Shown here: positions 25,689 to 38,639 of the stretch, one piece after another
Position numbering within the stretch: the stretch's first letter is position 1
Layout: each line of letters begins with the position of its first letter
Source of the DNA: Chiloscyllium plagiosum
Taxonomy: Eukaryota
Reading direction: 5' to 3'
DNA length: 64,000 nucleotides
Assembly (NCBI RefSeq): GCF_004010195.1
Contig: NC_057718.1
Span: 41,623,803-41,687,802 of the forward strand
The notes under the pieces: model-generated
What the model was told of the DNA's origin: nothing
The model's input: the letters and a program-made list of their open reading frames with translations, nothing else
Database searches by the model: none
Program-made: the position numbers and the translations under genes

Positions 25689-27432
25689 TCATGTCATAGA
25701 GTCATAGAGATGTACAGCATGGAAACTGACCCTTATGTCCAACTCATCCATGCCAACCAGATATCCCAATTTAATATAATTCCATTTGCCAGCACTTGGC
25801 CCAAATCCCTCTAAACCCTTTCTATTCAGATACCCATGTAAATGCCTTTTAAATGTTGCAATTGTACTAGCCTCCACCACTTCTTCTGGCAGCTCACTCC
25901 ATACACACACCACCCTCTGCATGAAAATGTTGTCCCTTAGATCCCTCTTATATCTTTTCCCTCTCACCCTAAACCTATGCCCTCTATTTCTGGATTCCCC
26001 CACCCCAGGGAAAATACTTTGTCTATTTATCCTATCCATGCCCCTCATGATTTTATAAACCTCTATGAGGTCACCCCTCAGCCTTCAACGCTCCAGAGAA
26101 AACAGCCCCAGCCTATATAGAACATAGAACATAGAAGAATACAGCGCAGTACAGGCCCTTCGGCCCTCGATGTTGCGCCGATCCAAGCTCACCTAACCTG
26201 CACTAGCCCACTATCCTCCATATGCCTATCCAATGCCCGCTTAAATGCTCATAATGAGGGAGAGTCTACCACTGCTACTGGCAGGGCATTCCATGAACTC
26301 ACGACTCGCTGCGTAAAGAACCTATCCCTAACATCTGTCCTATACCTATCCCCCCTTAATTTAAAGCTATGCCCCCTTGTAATAGCTGACTCCATACGTG
26401 GAAAAAGATTCTCACTGTCAACCCTATCTAAACCCCTAATCATCTTGTACACCTCTATCAAGTCACCCCTAAACCTTCTTTTCTCAATGAAAACAACCCC
26501 AAGTGCCTCAGCCTTTCCTAATACGATCTTTCTACCATACCAGGCAACATCCTGGTAAACCACCTCTGCACCCGTTTCAGTGCCTCCACATCCTTCCTAT
26601 AGTATGACGACCAAAACTGCACACAATACTCCAGATGCGGCCGCAACAGAGTCTTATACAANNNNNNNNNNNNNNNNNNNNNNNNNNNNNNNNNNNNNNN
26701 NNGCTGTAACCTGCCAGATCCTTCCTCACTGTCAACAACTCCTCCGACTTTCGTATCGTCCGCAAACTTGCTCACCCAACCTTCTAACCCCTCTTCCAGG
26801 TCATTTATAAAAATGACAAACAGCAATGGTCCCAAAACAGATCCTTGCGGAACACCGCTATTGACGGCACTCCAAGATGAACCTTTGCCATCAACTACTA
26901 CCCTCTGTCTTCTTCCAGCCAGCCAACTCCTAATCCAAACTTCCAACTCACCCTCAATGCCATACCTCCGTATTTTTTGCGGTAGTCTACCATGGGGAAC
27001 CTTATCAAACTCCTTACTAAAATCCATATACACCACATCTACCGCTTTACCCTCATCCACCTCCTTAGTCACCTTCTCAAAGAATTCAATAAGATTTGTG
27101 AGGCATGACCTGCCCTTCACAAAACCATGCTGACTATTCTTGATCACATTATTCCTATCCAGATGTTCATAAATCCTATCCCTTACAATTCTCTCTAAGA
27201 TTTTGCCCACAACAGAAGTGAGACTCACCGGCCTATAGTTACTAGGGTTATCCCTACTCCCCTTCTTGAACAAGGGAACCACATTTGCTAGCCTCCAATC
27301 TTCTGGCACTACTCCTGTAGACAACGAGGACATAAAAATCAAGGCCAATGGCTCTGCAATCTCCTCCCTTGCTTCCCAACCCTCCAACCCTGGCAACATC
27401 CTTGTCAATCTTTTCTGAACCCTTTCAAGTTT
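25689..27432 (-). mobile_element. Composite CR1: young RT-containing copy (~26118-27377) nested in another CR1 3' end
   Basis: RT motifs [47 protein letters not shown]; inner tail (ttctatg)n, outer tail (ctatgact)n; 41-N gap at 26662-26702. Confidence 0.95.
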
Positions 27433-27719
27433 TGCTTGTTGAAAGATAAAAAGCAACAAGAATTTAAAAGAATATGTGAACTCAGAAACTGAACGTTTTT
27501 TTTCTGATCATCAATGTAACCTTAACAATGTTCTTAATACAAAAGAGGATTTTACTTGAGAAAGTAAAAAAACCCAGCTTGCACATACAAGCATATTGTT
27601 AAAACTTGTATCCAGAACAGAATACTAAATGTTTAACTGTACAACATGTAATTTTACTATTGATAGTTTACCCACTTTGACATCAGCCTGATTCACAGTC
27701 AATGTTTTTCTCACTTTTT

Positions 27720-28368
27720 CACAAGATCTGGACATTGTTGGCTGTGCCAGAATTTATTGCCCATTCCTAACTGCCCTTGATAAGGTGTTAGTGAACTGCT
27801 TTCTTGAACTGCTGCCATGCACCCACAATTCTGTAGAGCATTCCACAATTTTAGCCCAGTGGCAGTGAAGAAAGAGCAAAGTGTTACAGGTAGATAGATT
27901 CTTGTTAGCCAAGGAAATAGAGGTTACCAGAAATAGATGGAAATCACAGAATCACAGATGTGTTATGGAGTTGAGAAATGTTACTTGTATCCTCATGTCT
28001 GTACTGGTTCTTCAAATGAGAATCATTGCCTCGTGCCAATCTTCTGTTTTGTCCCTATATTCTTGTCCACCACTTCTATCCAATATTCACCCAACATATT
28101 TTAAATGCCTCAACTGAACTTGCCTCTGCTAAATTTCCTGGCTGTGCATTCTAGTCTCTAACTACATGCAGTGAGAAAACATTTCTTCTCACGTCATGCT
28201 TACCTCTTTTGCACTTCATTTTAAATATATGCTCTCTTCTTCTTATTCCTTTCACAATCAGGAACAACTTCTGCCTATCTACTCTATCCAGTCGACTGAA
28301 TATTCCCAGAATGTGAAATTTGAAATATCTACACATCAGCTATGATCTTATTGAATGAATGGCCCCTT
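27720..28368. mobile_element. Old LINE fragments (CR1/L2-group tail and CR1 pieces)
   Basis: aatttattgcccattcctaactgcccttga tail; minus strand RLDRVDRQKLF...DVRRNVFSLHVV. Confidence 0.65.
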
Positions 28369-28682
28369 TTAGATTCCATACAGTGTGGAAACAGGCCCTT
28401 CGGCCCAACAAGTCCACACCAACCCTCCGAAGAGCAACCCACCCAGAACCATTCCCCTACATTTACCCCTTCACCTAACACTACGGGTAGTTTAGCATGA
28501 CCAATTTACCTAACCTGCACATCTTTGGACTGTGGGAGGAAACCGGAGCACCCAGAGGAAACCCACGCAGACACGGGGATAATGTGCAAACTCCGCACAG
28601 ACAGTTGCCTGAGGCTGGAATTGAACCTGGGTTCCTGGCACTGTGAGGTAGCAGTGCTAACCACTGAGCCACCGTGATGCCC
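28369..28682 (-). mobile_element. HE1-type tRNA-derived V-SINE
   Basis: Reverse complement of the 44706 copy with A and B boxes; inserted into a CR1 3' UTR. Confidence 0.9.
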
Positions 28683-29324
28683 ATTTCTGCTCTTAATCCG
28701 TATACTTGTATGTTTAAACAGTCTTCTCCATTTAAGTGACCACCTTCAAAGATTTACTTACATACACCTCCAAATCTCTATTTTCCTGTACCCTTTTAAG
28801 AACTATCCCATTCACTTTACATTGTGTATCCTCATTCTTCAAAGCCAGAAATGTATCATTTAATACTTTTCTTCATTGAATTACAAGTGCTGTGTTCTGC
28901 TCATTTCACATTTCTGTCTACATTATCTTGATGTCTGTGAGTATTCTCCTCATGTTTATTATATTTTCATGTTGTGCCATCTTCAAATTTTGAAATTATG
29001 CCTTTTGAACCTGACTCCCAGTCATTATCATATATCAAAGTTTCAGTGGTCTAAATACCAACTCCTGAGGTATAACATTGAGTACCTCCCTTTTTAACAC
29101 TTCTCTCTGTCTTCTGTCCTTTTGTCAATTTCATATCTACACTGCCATTACCCCTATCATGGGCTTTAATTCTACCAACACATATATTACATGGTACTTT
29201 ATAAAATTCTCTTTTTAAAGTCTAAACTTAAATATTGTGAGTGGATGTGGTTTCATAATTCATTAGCCTTTGTGCATTTGGGAATCTGATAACTTCCTGA
29301 CTCCTAAGATAAGTCAATCCTGTC

Positions 29325-29755
29325 TCAGGTAGCACTCTTATCTCTCAATCAGAAATTTGTGGGTTTAATTCTTGCAGCAGACAGTTAAGTCTATAATCAA
29401 GGCTGACTATTTTATACTGAGTTGAGGAAATGGTGCACTATTAGACATCTCATCTTTCAAATGGGACATTAAACCACTTAGGCAGATGCTTAAAGATCCC
29501 ATGACACTATTCAAAGATGAGGAGAGACATTCTCCCAGTGTCCTGACCAATATTTATTCCCCATCCAACATCAATAAAAACAGATTATCTATTTCGGTCA
29601 TCATCTCGTTGTTGCTTGGGAGACTTAATTTTGCAGAATTGTCTATTATGTTTCTTACCTTATAACAGTGACTTTTCTTCTAAAGAAGTTCATGGGTTTT
29701 GGAATGTCCAGAAGTCATGAAAAGCATTATGTAAATTTAAATTTCTTTGGCTTTC
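29325..29755 (+). mobile_element. DeuSINE (SacSINE1/AmnSINE-like)
   Basis: ctttcaaatgggacattaaacc...aaagatcccatgacactattcaaaga...tctcccagtgtcctgaccaatatttattcc...aacagattatct: Deu-domain core. Confidence 0.8.
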
Positions 29756-30290
29756 TTCACATTTTCACTCAACATGCATTGGAAACTGTTTCATATCAGT
29801 ATCAATGCTATAGTGTAACAGTGCCAGTATAAAGATGCTTATTCCTAGATATAGTACTGCATCTGAAAAAACGAGGAAGAACAAGTTATAACATGATTGA
29901 AACAATGTTGTAATTTTGCCTTTGGATGATTCAGCTCCTAATGGATGGATATAAACTCATGCCACATTTGGAATGATTAAAACAGTGTTTAGATGTTTAT
30001 ATCATCATGAAGACATTTTAATATAAAGCACATAATTAAATACCTATTTAGCATTTCCCTCCTGTCAGCTATCTTCTATAACAACTTAGCTGAGAATGAC
30101 AGCTTGTCATCTGGGAGAAACTCAATGGAAATGTTACATAAGTTGGTGACTCCTCACAATTTCAAAGTCCATGGCTCACATGTGACTGCGATATGAAGTT
30201 GCCAATATTCATCTCTTTTCTGATCCAAGGAGGTTTTCCTTCTGTGTTGCTATGACTAAATTAGAGAACATGGCCTACAATATTTATATG

Positions 30291-30484
30291 GAGAAAGTAA
30301 GGGCTGCAAATGCTGGAGATCAGAGCTGAAAATGTGTTGCTGGAAAAGCGCAGCAGTTCAGGCAGCATCCAAGGAACAGGAGAATCGACGTTCCTGAAGA
30401 AGGGCTTATGCCCGAAACGTCGATTCTCCTGTTCCTTGGATGCTGCCTGACCTACTGCGCTTTTCCAGCAACACATTTTCAGCT
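30291..30484. mobile_element. Penelope pLTR-derived fold-back insert with hammerhead-like core
   Basis: 69-nt arms 30324-30392 and 30416-30484 with 2 mismatches; flanking direct repeat cta(c/t)aatatttatatg (30275-30290 / 30483-30498). Confidence 0.85.
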
Positions 30485-33400
30485 ATAATATTTATATGTG
30501 TTTATGCCTATAATTGAGATTAATAACGATTACAATACCTCAATTACCGGTGTAAACTTCAGTCCATTGTTTGGAATAATACAAATAAACTGTCAGGTAA
30601 TCATAAATATAGATCTCATATCTTAACAATAAAACAGCATAGCTGAAAGCAAACAACATAATTGAACTCAGGGAAGAAGCTGTTTATTTAGACACATTGT
30701 TGCTCAGCGTTAACTTGATAAAAGGGACCTATTTGACTTCATTAATATTTGCATACTGTCCTTCAAAAGTAATTCATGATATGCTGTTCTAACATAATAA
30801 CACACTATATAAATGCCAGTTGTACACTATAATAACCAAAGGCAGTGCTTTGTAACAATCCTCACCATGCATTGACCTAAAATCAGCATTTTTTGTGCCT
30901 AATTTGAGAAACTGTCCCTCATACTGTATCAGAGAATGCAACTGAATTGAGGCACTGAAATGATACATGTAAATCAAAAACAAATTTGTAAAATAAATAG
31001 CAATTACTTCCTGAAGATATATCTGCAGCGTGACCAGCCAACTCCTGCGACCTACTTGCAGTCAGAGTCCATGGGTAACATTGTATAAACCTGCTGTTGC
31101 AGATAACGTAAGGGAAATCAACAGCATAGAGTTCATCAAATATTTAGAATGGCTTTCCTGATTTGTTTATTTTTATCAGCAGGAAGTGAATTGTTTTCTT
31201 TTCTCTAAAATGCAATCTTCAAATATACGGACATTTGGTGACAACAAGATGGCCAAAGTATTCTCTACATCATACGAAGCCCGCAAAACTCACTTCAACA
31301 GTAAATAAAGGAATAGGTTAGTTTTGTAAGTTGCACTTTCCTTGAAATTGCCCATGGTTCTAGTTCTCTAGAAACTAATCAGTGGATTATTATTCTAAGA
31401 TGATGATTGTTGTGTCAAGGCTGAAAAGGGGGGCTCAAAGATAACCAAGGCCGCTGAAGCAGTGAGAGACCAACATGTACATATTCACAACAACCATACT
31501 ACAAATCAATGTTGGGCTCTTCATTTCACTTGCTCAATTAAGACTACTGGAACAAAAGTTAATTAATATGTGAAAGTAGAAAATAAATCACTTCAGTTTG
31601 ATGATAAACAAGAACACTGGACTCAATAGCCATAATATAGAGTTCATTAACAAGTCTAATGAACTCCTTTGGGCAATAGAATATAGTGATGACAGATATG
31701 GATAATGGATTTTCTGAGATTTAGTTTCAGGCTAGGGGTTTCTAAAGAGGATGAAACTAATCAGGAAGAACCACTTGAGATGTGATAGGGAAGAGATGAG
31801 TTAAAAGTTATTGATCATAGACATACAATGTATTTGAAGGCTTAAAAAAGATGATGGCAGTTGAATGGCACAGAAAGTGGTATTTCCAACCAAGGTTTAG
31901 ACAATGAACTCAACAATATATAAACTTTCATAATAAAGTAATCTTTTATCAGGGGAAAGGCATTGTCAGTAATCTACCCAAGTCTGATTAAGGATATAAA
32001 GTAATAAACTATCGGAGACTTTGGGGCAATTAGAAAAGTTTTCAAAGAAGAGCCAGGTCTAACATTTCTGAATGGTTGAACAAGTCGAGAAGACTTGGAG
32101 CATGAAAGAGATGCACTAGAAAAGAAGGAAAGAGCTGCTGGTACATATTCGGCATTCTGTTCAGTGTGGACTGGTCTTTGCTACATATCATGGTTGTATA
32201 TTTTTGCTGTGTAATATGTGTTATATTTTATTTTAAATTGTTTAAATTCAACTTATCACCATTTTCATTGCAGTTGCTCATGTTTAGTTAAATTGCTACA
32301 AAACATATTCAAGGATTATTGCATCCCAACATTACTGATACTACAGGCTGTAGCTAGATGTGTGCTAAAAGAAATCTGTAAATTGGAACCCATGTGATCA
32401 AAATTGCTCAATCACCAGTCAAACAGTTTGGTTAATCATATCTATAAGCTGTTTTCTCCAATGAGCAGTACCTGGAACTTAGCTTTAGATTCAGACGATA
32501 AATATTCCAATGTACTATTACAAATGAAAATGAAAAACATTATGAAGTGTAACTATAATATACTACAGTTTTAACCCCTTAAGCTATAAATTAAAGCAAT
32601 ATATTTATAAGTGTACAACTCTGTATTTGATGATATGCAACATAAAGGTTTGATCAAACTTTATCTTTCCATTTTCCATAATCAGTACTTTATAGAATCC
32701 ATTTCAGCTGTTAGAAAAAGACAGGAATATTAGCGTGTGGTTTCTCCTGGGAACATTAAAATATAAATTACAGTACTTTGAATTTCTATTTTATAGGCAC
32801 TTACCTGAGAGCTAAGAATGTATTACTTAATAAGCACTGTCTAGCTTCATTTTTCATAAACTGGTATTCTGATATAAACCATTAATCGGATATAAAAGTA
32901 AAATGGTTCGCCGTTCATGATTTTGTGTGCTTTGCTAAGGGTTAGCATAGGAAATGATCCACAGAGCAACACCATGAGACATATACAGGGAAACAGGCAG
33001 TATGAGAGGTTGCCATGATTCTTCTTGGGTTCTTGTTCATAGAAATGTTTCTTTGGAGTCAGGAGAGAGCGAGTTACAGCTATGAATGATTTGAAATTTA
33101 CAGATTTCTTTTAGCACACATCTAGTTATAGCCTGTAGTGTCAGATTGAGTGTAAGAACCTGCAAAGCTTGTCTTATGATCTAGATAACAGAAAATAAAC
33201 CAACAATGTCCAGTTCATTAAATGTACAAAATGAAAAACTACTGCACTCATTTTTTTCACAGCTGGGGAGAAATATTTTTGTTTCTGAACTTTTCTGTCA
33301 GGAAAGGGTTGCTTCCTCAAGATATTTTCACTTTATAACTGTGCTAATAATTCAAACATATTTGTGGTTATGTCTTCCATTTCAGTTGTGTTAGTACTTA

Positions 33401-33614
33401 ATGATATAGATTAAATGTGTTGCTAATGCACATGCTCATTTTAAGTTCATTCATTCAGCCAATTTGAATTAGAGTTTGAAAACTTCTCCTTTGTATTACT
33501 TTAATATGCATTCAGTGACTCAAATTTGATTATCAAGACAGTTAAGAGCCTGGTTTTGCAAGCAGTATCTCAAGATTGTATTCAGGTCCAATTAAAAACA
33601 TTCCTTTGCTTATG

Positions 33615-33860
33615 GAATCTTAGAGTCAGTGTCACACAGTACAGAAACAGACCCTTAGGTCCAACTAGTCCATGCCAAACATAATCCAAAACTAAACTAG
33701 TCTCACCTGCCAGCTCTTGGTCCATATCCTACCAAACCTTTCCTATTCATGTACTTATTCAAGTATCTCTTAAACGTTGTAATTGTGCCCGCATCCATCC
33801 TTCCCCCAGGAAGATCATTCCACACACGAACCACCTTCTGTGTAAAAAAAAATTGCCTCA
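33615..33860 (-). mobile_element. CR1 3' end
   Basis: Matches the CR1 tail family at 25689 and 55945. Confidence 0.8.
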
Positions 33861-35034
33861 CCTGTCAAGTGCTCAGTAAAGGTGAGATAGAAATGCTTGA
33901 TTTCCAGATTCTTTGCTTCATTACATGGAGTTTTAATAAATACACGAGTTTTCCAACTTGCTTTGTGTTATTAAATAGAATATAGTAGTGTTAGGCTTTA
34001 ATATATCCCATATAAAAGTCCCAAACATAAACCATTAATTATCCTGGCTAATGGGTCTCTGATACCTGGAACGTCTGCATTGCATGAGGGAAGAGGATAA
34101 AAATGTCAAAAGGAAAATAAATTTTTAAGCAGCCAGAGATCAAAAGAATGGCTGGATTCATTAAAGGACCTTTGTAGCCCACAGTCTAATTGAGGGAACT
34201 GTTGAAGTCTACATTCCTTCACCAAATGTTTTACACCTAGATCATATTATCATTAAATTAGATTGAATTAGTTGCAATGATTGAATTAAAGAAGTATGGT
34301 ATCAAGATTTGGCAATTTGTTGTTTTTCATATTCACTCCCACATAGAAATCCTGAACCAATAATAATAACCACAATACTCCTAGGATCAGAATGGGTGGA
34401 AAATCTTATTTGTGCCAAGTAATTTAGGAATTGTGAGGTGAATGAACTTATACAACAGTTTCACTCTATTCAGACTGCTTTTAAGATGTTGATGATGAAT
34501 TTCTGTCCAAAATCTTACACCCAATCCCTCTGTTAAAGCAAGCTTGGGAAGTTTCATTACTTTCCCTAGAATTTATGATAATTCTATCCTTGTGAATTGT
34601 ACCAGCTGACATTTAGTGCGAATTCTGTTTGGGTCTGTAAAAGAAAGTCCAAAACCATGTTTGCTTCATTGTAGATGGAAAGTCTGCAGAGGGACTTCTT
34701 GCAGACTTCATCTAATGTTTCCTTCACGATCAGAGAAACAGAACATTGCTGTAATATTCCACTGATGATTCACTGTAAGTGTCACTAATGAACTATTAAA
34801 GGCATCAAGCGTTTTGTCCTGACAATTATATAACCTACCAATGAACATTCTTTACTTCTGACCTGATGGTAGTTAAGAATATCATTGATCAATGAAGATA
34901 GTTGAACCATGGAAACTATCCTGAGGAACTCCAACAATAATATCATGAATCTGGCCTCCAACAACCACAACTATTTTCCATTTTATTTGAAATAATTCCA
35001 CCAAATAAAAAGTTTTTCTTCTGATCTCTACTGT

Positions 35035-36772
35035 GTGCGGTTCTGGTTGCCCTGCATAGAAAGGATATTATTAAATTGGAGAGGGTTCAGAAAAAATTAC
35101 CAAAATGTTGCTGGGAATGGAGAGGTTGAGTCATAGAGATATGCTGGTTGGCTAGAACATTTTTTACTAGAGCATAAGATATTAAGGGGTGACTTATAGA
35201 GGTATATAAAATCATGTGGGGCATAGATAAGGTGAACAGCAAGGATCATTTCCCGAGCGTAGGGGAGTTAAAACTAGGGGGCATATTTTTAAGCTGAGAG
35301 GAGAAAGTTTTAAAAAGGGCATGAGGAACAACTTTTTTTCTCAGAGAGTGGTTCATGTGTGGAATGAATTGCCAAAAGAAGCGGTGGCTGCAGGTATACT
35401 TACAACATTTAAAAGACTATTGGATATGTACATGAATGGGAAACGTTTGGAGGGAAATGGGCCAAATGCAGACAGATGGGACTATTTTAGTTTGGGAGCA
35501 TGGTCGACATGGACTAATTGGACTGAAAGCTATTTCCATGCTATATGACTCTATCACTTCAATTTTACTAGACTTCCACAATGCCACAATGATCAAATGT
35601 TGCCTGGATGTTTTGTGTTATAAGGTGAGGTTGGTAAGGCTGAGACTCTTTTCCCTGGAGACTAAGAGTTGACCTTAGAGAGATATATAAAATCACGAGA
35701 GGCAAACATAAGGAGATAGCAGACAGTTTTTCCTTATGGTAACGGAGTCTAAAACTAGAGGATGTAGGTTTAAAGTGAGAGGGGAGAGATACAAAATGAT
35801 CCAGTGGAGTAATGTTTTCATGCAGAGGGTGGTGAGTGTCTGGAACGAGCTGTCAGAGGTAGTGGCCGAAGTGAATACAATTTCATCATTTAAAAAACAT
35901 TTAGACAGTTACATAGATGGAGGCAAGCATGCAATGAAGGCAAGCATGCAGGTACAGCAGGTAGTGAAGAAGGCTAACAGCATGCTGGCCTTCATAACAA
36001 GAGGAATTGAGTATAGAAGCAAAGACGTGCTTCTGCAGCTGTACAGGGACCTGGTGAGACCACACCTGGAGTATTGTGTGCAGTTCTCGTCTCCAAATTT
36101 GAGGAAAGACATTCTGGCTATTGAGGGAGTGCAGCACAGGTTCACGAGGTCAATTCCTGGAATGGCGGGATTACCTTACGCTGAAAGATTGAAGCAACTG
36201 GGCTTGTATACCCTTGAATTTAGAAGACTGAGAGGGGATCTGATTGAGACAGAGAAGATTATGAAAGGATTGGACACTCTGGCAGCAGGAAACATGTTTC
36301 CGCTGATGGGTGAGTACCGAACCAAAGGACACAGCTTAAAAATACGGGGTAGACCATTTAGGACAGAGATGAGGAGAAACTTCTTCACCCAGAGAGTGGT
36401 GGCTGTGTGGAATGCTCTGCCCCAGAGGGCATGGAGGCCCAGTCTCTGGATTCATTTAAGAAAGAGTTGGATAGAGCTCTCAAAGATAGTGGAATTAAGG
36501 GTTATGGAGATAAGGCTGGAACAGGATACTGATTAGGAATGATCAGCCATGATCATATTGAATGGCAGTGCAGGCTCGAAGGGCTGAATGGCCTACTCCT
36601 GCACCTATTGTCTATTGTCTATGGTCTATTGTCTATTGATAGGTACAGAGGGATTTGGACCAAACACAGGCAAATTGGTTGAGTTTAAATTGAGAAAACT
36701 AGGCAGCATGGACAAGTTGGGCCAAAGGGTTTGTTTTTATGCTTTTGAACTCAATGACTCAATGACACTATG
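35035..36772 (+). mobile_element. Three CR1 3' fragments; a young copy (~35920-36637) is nested in an older copy (~35600-35919 plus 36638-36772)
   Basis: ORF 35736-36536 is chimeric; LYRDLVRPHLEYCVQF, RRNFFTQRVV; (ctattgt)n tail at 36604-36637. Confidence 0.9.
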
Positions 36773-37814
36773 TTGAGGCACAGCTACTCTCACTTCGTCT
36801 CTCAATTTAGGCTCTATCGTCCATGATTGGCCCAAGTCTGTAATGAGAGCAGGGGGAGTCTGATGCTAGTGAAACTTAAACTGAACAGATTATAGGTGAA
36901 TGTATTTTATGGTGAACAGTTCTATCAGTATTATATCATCAACTTCAATTGTCTCCAAACATATCCACAATTATATTACCTTGAGGCAAAATCTAACTAT
37001 GAAAAAAACTATCCTTCCCCAGAGTTTACTTTACTATTGTCTTTCCATTTATAATGCGTAGACAAGAATATAGAACACTTATTGGATAAACAGCTTACCA
37101 ATCCGAATATTACAGTCAGACAATTTAGACACTCACATAGACACAATTAGGAGATGTGAATGGAATTGGATCTTGATTTATTTGTGGATGTCTGCAAATT
37201 TCATTAAAATCCTGTGTATTATGAGTGAGAAAGAGTGGAGTACTTACTGGGGAACCCTGATGAATTGTACTGATTAAAGAATCTTTAAACACTGTAGCAT
37301 GAAAGTTTAGAATGTCCTTTACAGACTCTTGGAGCATTACATTAAGATCCTACAAAATATCTAGTCTTTGAAAGTAATGCAACAAATAAATCAAGTGTGT
37401 TCAGGAGATTGATGGAGATGTGTCTTGTTTAATATCATAAGAATCTTTGTCATCTATATTTTTAGTTGGGGAGAAGGAATTTGAGGCTGTGCTTTTAGTT
37501 ACTGGTGACTAAAAGCAGCCTGTGTAGATGCAATATACATAACAACTGAGGTTTTCTCATTTTGCATTCATCAGACCATTATATTCTACCATTTATATTA
37601 AAACTAATTATGTAATTCACATTTTTATTTGTTGTTGTCTGATATCTTTAATTATGTGTGACAAGAATGGGAATTCTCTCAGCCAATTGTTTGACAAAGT
37701 GAAAGAAAATCCACAGCTCACGCAGTTGATAAAAAAGTATTTTTTTTGCATTTATAGTCTAATTCATAGTCTACCATATATCAGGCTTTTGAAGAGACTG
37801 CAAGCATAACATAA

Positions 37815-37985
37815 AAAAAAGAACTGCAGATACTGGAGGTCTCAAATAAAAACTCAAATTGCTGGCAAAGCTCAGCAAGTCTGATATCCATTTAAATGAA
37901 GAGTCACTCGATTTGAAACATTAACTCTGCTTTCTCCCCACAAATACTATCAGACCTGTTGAGTTTCACCAGCAATTCCTGTTTT
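37815..37985. mobile_element. Old Penelope terminal remnant
   Basis: ctgcagatactggagg...ttgctggcaaagctcagca / tgttgagtttcaccagcaa inverted pair around a decayed tgaagagtca...gaaacattaa motif. Confidence 0.6.
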
Positions 37986-38478
37986 TCTGGAAATATGTCG
38001 TTGGTCTAATAGAGGCGTTGCGTAAGTCTGCTATTCTTACCTGGTCTATCCGATATTTGATTCCAGTCTCAAAGCAATGCCGGTTAATCGTTAACTCATC
38101 TCTGAAGTGGCCCAGCAAGTGACTCATAAAACTGTCCCAAGGAATAATAGTTGGAGGAGGATCTCCACTACCAAATTCAGAGAGTAATCAAGGACATGCA
38201 ATAACTATGGCCACACCTTTATTACTCAATTCCTGACAATTGAAAGATGCTTTAACCTTCCTTCATCTTGGAAGTAGGTGCTTGGCTGAAGTTGGGACTA
38301 CTCTTGAACAAAGAAGAGGAGGATGTATTCTGATTTGATTAACAATTTTGTACAAAATTGTCTAAAATTGAACATAAGTTTTTTTGGCTCCAGTTTTGTC
38401 TACTTCCCCGGGCACGTTGTCCACACAAGCTCACCTAATGTAAAATGTTGTAATACAGATGCTTGATCCAAACTTATT

Positions 38479-38639
38479 AGGGTAGATCGTGACTTTGTGT
38501 GATAGTGTAAAATGGATGATAGTGAATTGGCAGCCCACTTTTTACCACATCCAGTTTCTAGGAGTTGAGAGATGTAAAATTGGCTGCTGATCGGTTTTCA
38601 GTCATATTACATGGCTGCACAAAATCAAAATATATCCCT
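38479..38639. mobile_element. Palindromic MITE (Harbinger-like termini)
   Basis: agggtagatcgtgactttgtg / cacaaaatcaaaatatatccct termini; inner arms ttggcagcccactttttac / gtaaaattggctgctga. Confidence 0.55.

Noticed and set aside
35736..36536. 266-aa ORF as a host gene
   Set aside because: Chimera of two CR1 ORF2 3' ends.
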